Shown here: piece after piece, positions 27,246 through 40,848 of the stretch
Layout of the letters: each line of letters opens with the position of its first letter
How positions within the stretch are numbered: the first letter of the stretch is position 1
Assembly (NCBI RefSeq): GCF_963921235.1
Contig: NC_086109.1
Coordinates: 17,610,001 to 17,674,000, forward strand
From: Mobula hypostoma
Lineage: Eukaryota
DNA: 64,000 nucleotides
Reading direction: 5' to 3'
Translations under genes and position numbers: made by a program
Notes under the pieces: generated by a model
The model's database searches: none
Seen by the model: only the letters and a program-made list of their open reading frames with translations
What the model was told of the DNA's origin: nothing

Positions 27246-27724
27246 CAGATGAATAAGCAAATAGGGTCTGTGCAACACAATGCAATTGCTGGTCTCCAAT
27301 AATTCTCTGTCACTCCTAAAAGCATCCTGATGATTAATGGGATTAGCTTAACCCTTTTGAGAAAGTTCAATCCCGTAAAGGTGCAGAAGCAAATTTAATT
27401 TACAGCACTGACTAGGTATTGCATAATAAGTGAACTAATATTGGTGTATTTTTCCCATCCCCAGCATTGAGTCTTTAATTACCTCAGTTGGCTCAGGTGG
27501 ACGGACCACTCAGGTCACATGGAGACACAAGACACTGCAGATCCTGGGATCTGGAGCAGGAAAACAAACTGCTGGAAGAAGTCAGCAAGTCAGACAGCAT
27601 CTGTGGAAGGAAATGGGCAGTCACTGTTTCAGGTCAAGACCCTTCATTAGACTGAAAACCTCAGAGGAGGTAGCCAAGTATAAGGGGATGGAGGGAAGGG
27701 ATGAAACAGAAGTATAATAAGAGT

Positions 27725-28045
27725 TTAAATGTCGAATACCAGAGGGCATACATTGAAGGCGAGAGGGGGTAGATTCAAAAGAGATGTGAGGAGTAAATCT
27801 TTTACTCAGAGAGCTGTGGATGCCTGGAATGCACTGCCTGATATGGTGGTAAAGACAAATACATTAGAGGCTTTTAAGAGATGTTTAGATAGGCACACGG
27901 ATGTGAGGAAGACAGGGGGATATGGACATTGTGTAGGTAGGAGGGATTAGTTTGGGGAGGGTTTGATTAACTTTTTAGCTGGTTTAGCACAACACTGTGG
28001 GCCGAATGACGTGTTCCTGTGCTGTACTGTTCTGTGTTCCATGCT
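27725..28045 (+). mobile_element. CR1 LINE 3' fragment
   Basis: TRGHTLKARGGRFKRDVRSKSFTQRAVDAWNALP motif. Confidence 0.75.
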
Positions 28046-30573
28046 CTAATAGCTGGCGAGCGATAGGGGGATCCAGGTGAAGCGGGTTGGCCGGCAGCAG
28101 GAGCAGGGGAGAGCGGAAGTAGTGACTGAAGCTGGGAGGTGGTATATGGAGGTGACGGGGGAGGTGAAGATACCTTACATCCGCTGCCTCAGAGCCCACA
28201 GAACTGAAGCTGAAGCAAGTCACCCTCAATCCTGAGGGACGGTCTGAAAAGAGCCTCAGGATATGCGAATAAGCTCGAAATACACTGTATTCTGAGCTCC
28301 ACCAGAGCAAGAGGTTTACCAAATGGACAGAGGAAATGATTGTCAAAACTCTTTTGGGAAATTGCAATGTCCCCTCCAGCGCAGTGGAATCACTTGCCTA
28401 AGACCACTCAGAATGGTAGAGCATTTGGAGAGGCAGTAAAATTGGGGGCGGAATTTTAAGGTGATTGGAAGAAAGTATAGGGGGAGGATGTCAGAGGTAA
28501 AATTTTACACAGAGAGTGGTGAGTGCCTGGAGTGTGCCATCGGGGACCGATGAATTAGAGGTATTGAAGAAACTCTTCGATGGGCACGTGGATGATGGAG
28601 AGAGAGAGTGCTGTGCAGGAGGTAAGGGTTAGATTGATCTCAGAGTAGGTCAGAAGGTCAGTACAACATCATGGGCTGAAGGGCCTGGACAGCACTGTAA
28701 TGTTCTGTGTAACGTTGAGTTTGTTTGTCTGTAGCAAGCAGAACCAGTGAACCTTGCTACCTCCCAAATCACCCACCCATCCCACCTCCCACTTCACCTC
28801 CTCCAGCAATGTTTGTGGGTCCGAAACATTATTGTGGGAAAACTCACTACTTTGATGAGCTTGTTAAAATTCTTGTTAAAAACTACTTGAAGGCTGAGGA
28901 TTTTCCCAGCTGTCTTATCCAAGTTTCCTCCTTTAATGTATTGCTGATCCTTCGCACTGTGGTGCTACAAACATTATATAAGTGCTCGTACACCAAATAT
29001 AAGTTACCCTCTCATGGAGTTCAATACAAAAGCATATTTCTTTCCCTTTAACAAGCTGCAATCTTCTTCTCCCCACTTATAAAAAAAATCTTGCTCATCT
29101 ATTATAAAGCTATTTTAATTGCTCTCATTATATGCTGCCCTGCAGTGATCCCCCCCATCCCGCGCCCCCCCCCGTGGTAATTTTCTTTCAGGAACTGATG
29201 ATAGATCTTTCTAAAGCAAACAGTGATGTCAACATTACAAACTGTCTCTCTCCTGCTTCCTTAGCTACACAGTCCCCGATGATGTAATCCCGCAGGGCCG
29301 GAGGTTATCCGGCATCTGACATCAATTGTCCTTCAGGGTCAAAGGTTAGTGCTCCTCCAGCCTCCTTTCTGTAGGCCCCTCTTGACTTCAAGTACACTGT
29401 CTGCAAGATTCATCTTCCTCCTTGTATCTTTGGCTGTGCTGAAATCAACATTCCCAACTCCATCTCCTGCTGATTCTGCCCTAGCAGGCAAAAAAAAAAC
29501 GCGAATCACTTTTGGTAGTCCTTTCATCTCTTTTCCTTTATGTCTCTGTTACATTCTGCTGTCTTTTCTGAATGTCTCTCTTTTATTTTTCGTTTGTAAT
29601 TCTCAATGGAAATATTCTCTGACTGTAATACCATTCACTATTCAGACTCCTGGGATATGGTTGTCCTGGGGGTCAGTCGATGGCTTACTCTCTTCTTTTT
29701 AAATATTACAAGAGATTTGAGAGCACTTCACATCAGACCATCTGCCTGGAGCCTCGAAGCATTAAGTTATATTGAATTACATAGGAATCGCAACTTGAAA
29801 GCACTGCATTCGGCCCAATTTGCTGTTCGTGCGACCTAATTACACGTTCATCCTGAGCCCTGGTCATTTACCCCCTTCATCCGTCCATTTGACTGATTCA
29901 TGAATCCTGGTGTGGCCTCCGTTTCAATCACCAGCAGCCCTCCTATCCTTGATCTTCACAGTGGGTGAAACCTATCCACGGCATCCCCTGCCGTGACAGT
30001 AAGAGGGAAAGGCATTTCCAAAGCACGCCGGCATTCCTTCCATTCCTCAAGCGAGCCAGTTTAGGGAAAGGACTGCCAGGATGTGTTGTTATGAGCCGCT
30101 CTGTGTGTTTCAGCTGGTTTGGGCAAGCTTTCCTCAGTAACCACATCACAAAGCCAACAGCCCCATAGCAGTGTACCGTAGGACAAACATGCCACGCTTA
30201 AAAACTTGATCGAATAAAATCTGGACTCGGTGCTTTGTCCCATCTCTGCTTCATTCTGTCCCTGACACCAACACCACTGCAATGTCCCCCTCCCTCACCA
30301 ACCCCTCCCCTTCAGCTAATTCTTTTGAAACCCAACATCGTCTCTCTCAACATTGATGCTCTAAACCATGGCCGTTGCCCTTCAGAAGGTGATGAACATG
30401 CACTCTTCTCATTATTACAATCAGGGAGAAGGGACCAGAGTCTAAAGACCCATACTCCATGTTTTAGAAACGGCTTCCCCTCCACCGTCAAGTTTCTGAA
30501 CAGTCCATGAACCCATGAACACTACCTTAGTAGTTTTGCTCTCTATTTGCACTACTTATCTAACTTATCATAA

Positions 30574-31113
30574 CACTCGGTGGCCACTTTATCAGGACAA
30601 GAGTGGAACCCGGTGTGGTCTTCTGTTGCTGTAGCCTAGCCCACCCACTTCAATAATGTTCAATGTGTGTGCATTCAGAGATGCCCTTCTCCACACCACT
30701 GTTGTAACGAGTTGTCATTTGTGTTACCGTCGCCTTCCTGTCAGCTTGAACCAGTCTGGCCATTCTCCTCTGACCTCTCTCATTAACAAGCCGTTTTCAC
30801 CCACAGAACTGCCATTCCTGGACGCTTTTTGTTTGCCGCACCATTCCCTGTAAACCCTAGGGACTGCTGTGCATGAAACTTCCAGATCAGCAGTTTCTGA
30901 TTTACTCAAACTACCCCATCTGGCACCAACAATCATTCCATGGTCAAAGTCACTTAGATCGCATTTCTTCCCCATTCTGATATTTAGTCTGAACAACAAC
31001 TGTACCCCTTGACCATGTCTACATCCTTTAATACATAGAGTTGCAGCCACATGATTGGTTGATGAGATATTTGTATTAATGAGCAGGTGTACAGGTAAAG
31101 TTGCCACTGAGTG
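30574..31113 (-). mobile_element. Tc1-like internally deleted DNA transposon
   Basis: Imperfect TIRs CACTCGGTGGCCACTTTA / TAAAGTTGCCACTGAGTG followed by TA. Contains an N-terminal transposase HTH remnant, MGKKCDLSDFDHGMIVGAR...SETADL...RVYREW. Confidence 0.8.
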
Positions 31114-31729
31114 TATGTCTCTTATTATAATTTATAGTATATTTTATGCATTGCAATGTTCTGCTGCCGCAAAGGAACAAATTTCTCATCGTATGTCGGT
31201 GATAATAAACCTGATTCTGATTCTGGGTTACTTTTAAACATGACTTCTGACTCGGTGGAGTCACAGAGTTATACCTCGTGGAAACAGACCCTTTGGCCCA
31301 TCTCTTCCGTGGCAGCCAAGGTATCTATCCGAGCAGCGGCCTGAGTTGCTTAGCACGTCCAGCCTCCACTGTGAGGATACAGGCGCACATTCTGGGTGGC
31401 GGGGGTACGTGCTGAGGAGCACATTGAGGCTTGGTGGCAAAGGGGAAAGGTCACAATTTAGGTCCCCCCACACTGAGGGGTTGAGTCTGGTGGGGAAACC
31501 AAGCAGCAGAATAGTGTATCAACCCGGGGCGCCACATGAGTATCAATGGTACTTTGTCAACACAGAAGAGTACAGCATGGGAACAGGCCCTTTGTCCTAC
31601 ACGTAGTGCCAAACTAATTAAGCTAATAACCCCTAATTAATCCATTCTGCCTGCTCCAATGTTCATGGAGGCTGAGGGGTGAACTTCTGGATGTTTATAA
31701 AATTATGAGGGATAGAGTCAGCCATCTTT

Positions 31730-31980
31730 TAAAATTTATTTATTGAGATACAGTGCAGAATAGGCCTTTCCAGCAATCCCCCGATCTAATCCTAGCCGAA
31801 TCACAGGACAATTTACAATGACCAACCGGTTTGGACTGTGGGAGGAAATTGGAGCACCCAGTGGAAACCCATGCAGTCACAGGGGAGAACGTACAAACTC
31901 CTTACAGGCAGTGGCAGGAATTGAACCTGGGTCGCCTGCACTGTAAAGCATTGTGCTAGCCACTACGCCACTGTACCACG
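31730..31980 (-). mobile_element. HE1/V-SINE
   Basis: Reverse-complement homologue of 32768-33060. Confidence 0.7.
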
Positions 31981-32767
31981 CTTACCAAACAAAATGCGCT
32001 AACACCTATGAATGCTTTGACCAAATGAAATTAAATTGGTAATTGGTATGTACTTATTGGTAAGTACATACCAATTACTGAGATACAGTGAAAAATTTTG
32101 GTTGCAGGCCATTGATATGGATATTTTTATCACATCAGTGCATTGAGGTAGTACTGGGGAATACAGTAACAGTACGCAGAATGAAGTGTTACAGTCACAG
32201 AGAAAGGGTAGTGCAGGCAGACAAGGAGGTGCAGGGTCATGATGGGGTAGGCTGTGAGGTCAAGAGTCCATCCTATTGTAATACAGAACTGTTCAATAGT
32301 CTCATAACAGAGAGATAGAGTCCTTGAGGCTGGTGGTATCTGCTTTCAGCCTTGTAGGAGGGAGAAGGAAAAATATCCAGGGTGGGTGGGGTCTTCTAAT
32401 TGATCTGGCTGCTTTACAGGTGCATAAGATATAGGAGACGGTTTAGGCCATTCGGGCCATCTAATCTGTGCCACCATTTCATCATGGCTGATCCATTTCC
32501 TCCTTAACCCATGGAGGGGAGTCTTTTCTCTGTGATGTGCTGAGCTGGGTCCACGACTTTCCGCAGATTTTTGTGGTCACGGGCAAAGTGGTTGCCTTAC
32601 CAACCATGATGGATCTAAGTAGGGCGCTTTCTATGGTGTGTCAATAAAAATTACTGTGTGGAAGGGGATTTGCCAAATTTCTTTATCCTCCTGAGGAAGT
32701 AGAAACACTAGTGACACCCTGATACTAAAACGTAAAGAGTTTTGCTGTGTTTATTCCTTTGTATATA

Positions 32768-33060
32768 GGGCTGCATGGTAGCGTAGTGGTTAGCACAATG
32801 CTTTACAGTACCAGTGACCCGGGTTCAATTCCCTCTGCACCTGTAAGAAGTTTGTACGTTCTCCCCATGACTGTGTGGGTTTCCTCCCGGTGCTCTGGTT
32901 TCCTCCCACAGTCCAAAGACATACAGGTTGTTAAGTTAATTGATCATTGTAAATTGTTCTGTGATTAGGCCAAGTTAATCGGCGGTTGCTGGGTGGTGCA
33001 GCTGAAAGGGCCGGAGAGGCTTTTTCTACGCTGTATCGCAGTAAATACATAAATAAATTA
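32768..33060 (+). mobile_element. HE1/V-SINE, near full length
   Basis: A box TAGCGTAGTGG, B box GGTTCAATTCC, V-core GTGGGTTTCCTCCCGGTGCTCTGGTTTCCTCCCACAGTCCAAAGAC, and a (TAAA)n tail. Confidence 0.8.
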
Positions 33061-33088
33061 ATACATACTTACATATATACTATTTGCT

Positions 33089-33903
33089 GGATGGCGGAGC
33101 AAAGTTAAGATGGCGCTAGAAGGCAACTCCTTTGCTTGTATCTTTGGAAACAGCTCTATTTCTATTTTTGATATCCCATTCCTTCCTTTTCAAGGTTCTT
33201 TTGAAGACCCTGACCTGGAGTTACACTCTGACTTCGGTTCTTTGCGGGAATAGGACCCGCTCTCAGGGCCTCCCGACCGGGCGCTTTTCGCTATGCCAAG
33301 GACGCGGTTTGGAAGACTAGCGCGCCTTCAGGCTGCCAGATCTTCGTGGCTCTGGAGACGGGCTGATTCAAGGCTGGTGCTCCTGACTGAGGCGTTGCGA
33401 GAGAACATGGAACATCAGGAACGGCGGTTTGGCTGCTGGCTGTGTGTCCGGAGACTTGAGTGCAGAGCTCAGAAAAAGCAATGCAGCAGACTGTTAACAC
33501 CATAAATCAGTGAGTTTGTTATGTCTCCCCTCTTGCTGTGCCATGGGGACACCTCTTTTTCCCGTATTCTAGGAAGAGAGAGAGCCTGGGGTATGTCGAA
33601 TTACTGGGTGAACGAGTAGTCTTTGGGGTACTGCAAGTCTGTGTCTTTATTGATGCTTTGCTGCACACATGAGTGCTCGGTGGAGGGTGCTGATGCTTTT
33701 TTTGCTGGTGGGGAGGGGGGAATTGTTGCCTTGCTGCTGCATATGCGTGCGAGGGGGGAGCTGGGGGGGGGCTTTGGGGTTCTAACCTTTAACTGTCATT
33801 TATTCTTTGGGGCACTCCTCTGTTTTCATGGATGTTTGCGAAGAAAAAGAATTTCAGGATATATATCGTATACATTTCTCTGTACCTATTGAACGTATTG
33901 AAC
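33089..33903 (+). mobile_element. Non-autonomous retroelement with 5' AAGATGGCG motif and (TATTGAAC)-type tail
   Basis: GC-richer body, no long ORF, and a short tandem 3' tail. Confidence 0.5.
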
Positions 33904-35059
33904 ATACATAGATTTAGAAATATCAAATAATAAGCTCTCATTCTAGACTGGCATATTGCAGGTGAATTTTGGGAGTGCTATATTCCTGGAAGTACTGGGA
34001 AATGCAGCAGCCAAATTTCACCCAGTTCCCATGAAACAAGCACCAGGCCACCTATTCCAGTGATATTTTGTTCAATGTACCAGGGAGAGCTCCACTTCTC
34101 CTCTGCAAAAATCATGGCACAGATTTTGTTTTGCATCTTTATGAGAAAACCGTCAAGAAAAGATGGGGGTCTCTGACAACACGGCACGCCCTCAGTACTA
34201 TACAGAGTATCAGCTTAGGGCTCATGTCTCTGGAGTTAGGATGATGTCATGCCAAGCCCAATTAAAGGCAGGAAATCAAATGCTCTTTAAATTCCCATTT
34301 AAGAACAAAAGAACAGTGAAAGCTATAGTGAAAGCCAGCCAGGATACTGAAGCTTGTCCCTCTGGTACTCGTACTCTGATGTAGCCTGTTGTATCTACAG
34401 TGAATGCAGAACAATAGCTAATTTGCTTTAAAAAGCAGAATAGAATACGGTTAGGACAAAAAAAAACTAAAAAGCAAAATTATCGGGCTCCTGAGTCCAT
34501 GGGGCAGAGGCAGCTGCTATTAGATCATCAAGGAAGCCTTCAGCTCAGGAAATGTGTTTGACTGCACTTTATTTCCGTCCAATAAATGTGCCAGTTCCCA
34601 GTGGGTCACAACTGTTCAACACTCGAGATAAGGAAATTGGTCGTTTATTTGACTGACAAAGCAGCACAACTCCATCCTACCTGATTTGACATCAGATTTG
34701 GGAAACGGGTCTGATTTCTTTACAATTACATATTGATGAGTGACTGTAGTGTCCTTCAACCTTCACCCGCCCTAGCTCATCCTGTGAATTTCTCCGTGAT
34801 CAATTCCTGACATGCCCTCTTCCCGTGACTTATGCCATCAAGGAGGAGGTACAGGAGCCTGAAGGCCCACTCCCAAAGTTTCAGCAGTGGCTTCTTCCCC
34901 TCTGCCATCAGATTTCTGAAAGGAAAATGAACTATGAATATTTCCTCGGGATTTGTTGCACTCTTTTTGCACTTATTTAATGTAATTGAGTTTGTTTATA
35001 CATATTGTAATTTATAGTTTTTATCATCATGTTTTGCAATGGACTGCTGCCACAAAACA

Positions 35060-35360
35060 ACAGATTTCGCGACATTTCAAGGGGGCATACTTTTAAGTGC
35101 TTGGAAGTAGGTACAGAGGAGCTGTCAGGGGTAAGTTTTTCACACAGAGAGTGGTGGGTGCATTGCTGGCGATGGTGGTGGAGGCAGATACAATGGGGTC
35201 TTTAAAGAGACTCTTAGATAGGTACATGGAGCTTAGAAAAATAGAGGACTATGTGGTAGGGTAATTCTAGGCAGTTTCTAGAGTAGGTTACATGGTCGGC
35301 ACAACATTGTGGGCCGAAGGGCCTGTAATGTGCTGTAGATTTCTATGCTCCATGTTCTAT
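35060..35360 (+). mobile_element. CR1 3' tail inserted in a Rex1/Babar-like tail
   Basis: Near-identical to the reverse complement of 55905-56190. It splits the host motif tttcgcgacat / atatgccagtgatattaaa. Confidence 0.65.
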
Positions 35361-36009
35361 ATGCCAGTGATATTAAATTTGATTCTGATTCTGATCCTTG
35401 ATAGTAGCTGTATTTAGCAGAGGGAGGCTGGTTGGCAATGGTGATAGAGTTATATGGCGTGGAAACAGACCCTACAGCCCGACTCACCCATACTGACCAA
35501 GATATCTATTATTCCCATTTGGCTGTGTTTGCCTCATATCCCTTTCCTGTCCATGCACGTGTCCAAATGTTTTTTTTTAAATGTCATAATTGCACCTGCT
35601 TCTACCATTTCCTCTGGCAGATCATTCCTTGAACCCATTATCGTCTTTGTGGAAAACCTTGCCCCTTGGATGGGCGGGGTTGGAAGGCTATGGTCCAGGT
35701 GCATGTTGATGGGACCAGGCAGAATAAGGGTACAGTACAGACTAGATGGGCCGAAGGGCCTATTTTTTGTGCTATCGTGCTTTATGTCTCAAAACACCTT
35801 TAAAACTATGCCTGCCCATCTTAGACTTTCCTCACCTGAGAAAAGGAATGACTTTCTACCCTATCTGGGGCCATCCAAATTTCATAAGTCTATATAAGAT
35901 CACCCCTCCAGCTCCTTCAATGCTCGAACAAGTTGACTGTAAATCTATATAGTCTGTAAATGGTATAATTGTATTACTGAACTGTACTCTGGTAAAGAGA
36001 CAGCATCTT

Positions 36010-36530
36010 CATGGGGTATTGTGAGCAGTTGTGGGCCCCTTATCTAAGAAAGTTTGTGCTGGCATTGGAGAGGATCCAGAGGAAGATCACAAGAATGATC
36101 CTGGGAATGAAAGGGTTAACGTATGAGGAGCGTTTGATGGCTCCGAGCCTTTACTCGCTGGAGTTTAGAAGAATGGGGAGGGGTGGAATCTCAAACATTG
36201 AATATTGAAAGGCCTAGATAGAATGGACATGTAGAGGATGTTTCATATCATGGGAGAGTCCAGGACAAGAGGGCACAGCCTCAGAATAGAAGGATGTCAC
36301 TTTAGAACAGAGATATAAGGGAATTTCTTTAGCCAGAGGATGGTGAATCTATGGAATTCATTGCCATAGATGGCTGACTAGTCCAAGCCATTGTTCTTGC
36401 ATGGTAAGGGTATCACAGTTTATGGGGAGAAGGCAGGAGAATGAGGTTGATGGGATAATAAATCAGCCATGATGTAATGGCAGTGCAGACTCAGTGGGCT
36501 GAAATGTCTAATTCTGCTCTTATAGTCTTC
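36010..36530 (+). mobile_element. CR1 LINE 3' fragment
   Basis: YCEQLWAPYLRKFVLALERIQRKITRMILGMKGLTYEERL motif. Confidence 0.75.
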
Positions 36531-36977
36531 CGCACAGGATTGAATGAGGGGTAGAGGTGGGGAAACTGAGGATTCGAATCTTTCAATGTTCAAAGGCTGC
36601 AGTTCCTTCCTTTCCACTATTCTCCAAATCCCCAACTCCCCACCAAAGATTGATTATTTTGGTTTAAAAGTGGCACATCGAGATTGAACAGGAAGGATAT
36701 GGAGGAAGCTGATAGGGATTGAAGAGAAGAAAGAATAATGTTCATCTTTGCAAAGTACAGCCCCATCTGCCTCCACACATTACACCATTGTACAAGCATG
36801 TAGACCATTGTGACACATACTAGTGGTTTTTGTAAATCCAATTACTGCAGGGAGAGAAGTTGGGGGAATTTGCTGGATGTTATTTATAGGGATTATTGTG
36901 GCTCAATGTTGGGGTATCTATCATGACTCATACCCTATACTAGTCCTGTAGAAGGAGACGGCTAAATAAATTACGAG

Positions 36978-37004
<27 letters not shown>
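36978..37004 (+). repeat. (CT)n microsatellite
   Basis: Read directly from the sequence. Confidence 0.9.
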
Positions 37005-37008
<4 letters not shown>

Positions 37009-37054
37009 CCATCTAGTGTCTACAGAAAGCAGAACATTCACAAACTCTCAACCC

Positions 37055-37425
37055 AAGAGATTCTGAAGATGCTGTAAGCCTTGAACAATTACACACAAAA
37101 TACTGGAGGAACTCAACAGGTCAGATAGCATCTATAAACAGTTGACGTCACAGGTCAAGAACCTTCATCAGGACCGGAAAAGAAGGGGTCTTACCTCTTC
37201 CACTTGTCACCTCCCAGCTTCTCACTTCATCCACCCTTTCCCTCCCACCTACCTTCTTCCCTCACCTATCACCCGCCAGTTTGTACTCCTTCCCCTCCCT
37301 TCACCTTCTTATTCTGACTTCTGTCCGCATCCTTTCCAGTCCTGGTGAAGTCTCAGTTGGGTTCAATTTCTTCCATGGATGCTCCCTGACCTGCTGAGTT
37401 CCTCTAGCATTTTGTGCATGTGATT
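37055..37425. mobile_element. Penelope-derived inverted terminal repeats
   Basis: The left arm (cacaaaatactggaggaactcaacaggtca...ccttcatcaggac) is inverted relative to the right arm (cagtcctggtgaag...tgacctgctgagttcctctagcattttgtg). Confidence 0.6.
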
Positions 37426-37579
37426 CATAAACTGGAACCTTGAATTCTTAGTCAAAGTACCAAGTGTAGCACGCAATATGGAAGCCTCTCAGATCTTTCA
37501 CTTCCTCATTTGTTGGGTTTTCCCCTGTTATATTGATCTGCATGAAATTTTAGTACCAGTTATTGGTTATGACCAAAAT

Positions 37580-37806
37580 TGGAGGAGAGGCCAACTCCAT
37601 CATCAAGACAGCTCTTCACTGGACCTCTGAAGAGCGAAGGAAAGGCAGGAAGCCAAGGCAGCTTGGTGCCATACCACAAAGGCAGAAATGTGAACGCTGA
37701 ACTACACCGGGTGCTCAATAGAGAAGACGGCTAGGGACAGGCAGAGAAGGAGGAGCTTCATTGCTGCCCTAAACGCCAGTGGCATAATGGGCAGTGAGTA
37801 AGTAAC
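37580..37806 (+). mobile_element. RTE-clade LINE 3' end
   Basis: REANSIIKTALHWTSEERRKGRKPR...ARDRQRRRSFIAALNASGIMGSE*, followed by a TAAG tail. Confidence 0.65.
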
Positions 37807-37977
37807 TTGTCATGGGCTCAAGAGGCCTGAGCACACGAGATATTGATGGCAGAGAGGAGATGCTACACCTTCAGAGGTGCAGACTTTAATCTGGTGACAA
37901 TCTGCACACCCAGAGACAATTACAAACACCACAGAATGTTAGGGTTAGGGTTCCGGTTAGGGGTCCTGGTCAACATC

Positions 37978-38640
37978 TTAGATTAGATTAGATTATGAGG
38001 ACACTCAGTCCTCATTTATTGTCATTTAGAAATGCATGCATTAAAAAATGATACAATGATCCTCCAGAATGATATCACAAGAAACACAGGACAAACCAAG
38101 ACTAAAACTGACAAAACCACATAATTATAACATATAGTTACAACAGTGCAAAGCAATACCGTAATTTGATAAAGAGCAGACCATGGGCACGGTAAAAAAA
38201 GTCTCAAAGTCCCAATAGCCTCATCATCTCACGCAGATGGTAGAAGGGAGAAAGTCTCCCTGCCATGAACCTCCAAGTGCCGCAAACTTGCTGATGCAGC
38301 ACCATTGGAAGCACCCGACCGCAGCGGACTCTGAGTCCGTCCAAAAACTTCGAGCCTCCGACCAGCCCTTCAACACTGAGCACCGAGCACCATCCTCTGC
38401 CGAGCGCTTCGACCCCGCCCCGGCCACCAAGCAACGAGCAAAGCCGAGGACTCAGGGCCTTCCCCTCCGGAGATTCTGGACCACACAGTAGCAGCAGCAG
38501 CGAAGCGGGCATTTCAGAAGTTTCACCAGATGTTCCTCCGTGCTCTCACGTACGTCTCCATCAAATCAGGATTGTGCACGGCACCCTACTTGACAAATAA
38601 CAGACATCACCACTGGAGATGGCGCCGCCATCTTCTCCTC
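37978..38640 (-). mobile_element. ~660-bp non-autonomous retroelement with (TAATC)n tail, copy 1
   Basis: Highly similar to 50856-51508, with CCGCCATCTT near the 5' end. Confidence 0.7.
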
Positions 38641-38979
38641 TCCTCTCAGTTATCTCAAAGGCAACATAATTATCCTGTTATCAATCTCATTACTAGTGGC
38701 AGAACTTGCCACATGCCACATGCAGATTGATCGCCAGATCCTTAAAAGTGCAATCCAATTAGTCTCAATATTCTCCTTATCTAAAACATTGCCTTATAAA
38801 TGGCTCTTTAATTTTCTAATTCCCTTTTAAAGATTTTGATGCACTTGCTTTTGGGCATCTTATTCTAGATTATGGAAACTTGCTTCAGTGAATTTTTAAA
38901 AAATCATCCTCTTCTTTTCCCTTTTGTTCCACAACCATGTAATAATGAATAACCATGGAGCAGCAAGGAGAAAATAACA

Positions 38980-39665
38980 TGCGGACGCGAGAAAACCTGC
39001 CGATGTTGGAAATCCAAAGCATCACACACAAGAGGCTGGAGGAACTCAGCAGGCCAGACAGTAACTATAGAAAGGAATAAACAGTCGACATTTCTGGCCA
39101 AAACCCTTCTTCAGGACATGAAAATGCAACACAAGATAACATAATAAGATGCAAACAACAGGAATTCTGCAGATGCTGGAAATTCAAGCAACATACATCA
39201 AAGTTGCTGGTGAACGCAGCAGGCCAAGCAGCATCTATAGGAAGAGGCGCAGTCGGCGTTTCAGGCCGAGACCCTTCGTCAGGACCAACGAAGGTTCTCG
39301 GCCTGAAACGTCGACTGCGCCTCTTCCTATAGATGCTGCTTGGCCTGCTGCGTTCACCAGCAACTTTGATGTATGTAACATAATAAGATAGTCTCTTCGA
39401 GGGATGCCTACCCTAAAGAAGTTTAAATCTTCTCTTTGATGGGAGTTCAGTGAAACCCTCTCTTACTGCTCCCCTCTGCTGCCCTCCGACTCCTTCCCCC
39501 CTCCTTTTTATTCTGGCATCTTCCACCTTCCTTCTCAGTCCCGAAGAAGGGTCTCGGCCCAAAACGTCGACTGCTTATTCATTTTCATAGATATTGCCTG
39601 ACCTGCTGAGTTTCTCCAGCATTTTGTATGTGTTGTTTTGGATTCCCAGCACCTGCAGATTTTCT
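38980..39665. mobile_element. Nested Penelope-derived inverted repeats with hammerhead motifs
   Basis: Outer arms at ~38980-39118 and ~39536-39665. Inner element 39151-39375 is flanked by the direct repeat taacataataagat. Confidence 0.75.
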
Positions 39666-39894
39666 TCCATTTATGTAGAATAGGTGTCAGATTTGGTGCT
39701 GAAGAAGAACCAATACCAACTGGAATGAAGGAGGTTACAGGGTAATATAGTGTGGGTATTTCAGATTGTGAGCGATGGCATAGGGTAGATAAAAATAGTA
39801 CAGGGCTTCAAAAGAATAAGTATTGATTTAAGATTAAAGGTATGAGATTTGAGACTGCATAGGAATTTTACTTTAGTATTGTAGAGTTGAAAGA

Positions 39895-40400
39895 TCAGAA
39901 CTTGGACTATTGTGTTCAGTTCAGGTTGCCTCATTATGGGAAGGATGTGGAAGCTTTAGAAAGGATGCGGAGGAGATTTACCAGGATGCTGCATGGATTA
40001 GAGAGCATACCTTATGAAAGGAGGTTGAGCGAGCTAGTACTTTTCTCTTTGGAGCAAAGGAGCGACTTAATGGAGGTGCACAAGAGGCACAGATGGATTG
40101 GACAGCCAGTGCCTTTTCCCAGGGCAGAAATCGCTTATATGAGAGGGAATCATTTGAAAGTGACTGGAAGAAAGTATGGGGAGGATGTCAGAGGTAGATT
40201 TTCTCACACAGAGAGTGGTGTCACAGTAAGTGTATGGAACGTACTGTCAAGGGTGGTGGTAGAGGCAGATACGTTATGGATATTTAAGAGACTCTTAGAT
40301 CAGCACACGGATTAAAGAAAGATGGAGGGCTATGCAGGAGAGAAGGCTTAGATTGATCTTACAGTAGGTTAAAAGGTGTGCTGTACTGTTCTATGACCTA
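39895..40400 (+). mobile_element. CR1 LINE 3' fragment
   Basis: LDYCVQFRLPHYGKDVEALERMRRRFTRML motif. Confidence 0.75.
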
Positions 40401-40848
40401 GTATGTTAAAATCATTGGAATTTGTGACTTTTGCACAATTCTGTATATTATGTTTTTCCAGTTACGAAATAGCACTTAATGTTGAACTAATACAAAGCCA
40501 AGTGCTCTTATTTCAGTTTCCCAACCACTAGACCATGATGCAACCAATCAGGATAATTTCAATAGTACATCTGTAGAAATTGGTTAGAGTGTTCAGTGAC
40601 AAGCTAAACCTCTTAACCTTCTAAGAAAGTAAAAACACTGGTGCGCTTTCCTTATGATTGCATAATGGCGGGGCATCTCATGAATTTAAAGTTGTTGATT
40701 CTCTTCATCACTGATCCCCCAATGTAGACTGGTGCCTGTTCCCCATCCATAGAGTTACACAGCCAAGAAACAGGCCCTTCGGCCCATCTTGTCCAGGCTA
40801 GTCTGAGCCAGTCCCATTTGTTTACATTTGGCCCATGTTTCTCTGAAC

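Noticed and set aside
29339..29481. Possible exon after a minus-strand acceptor
   Set aside because: No recognisable protein similarity and an in-frame stop.
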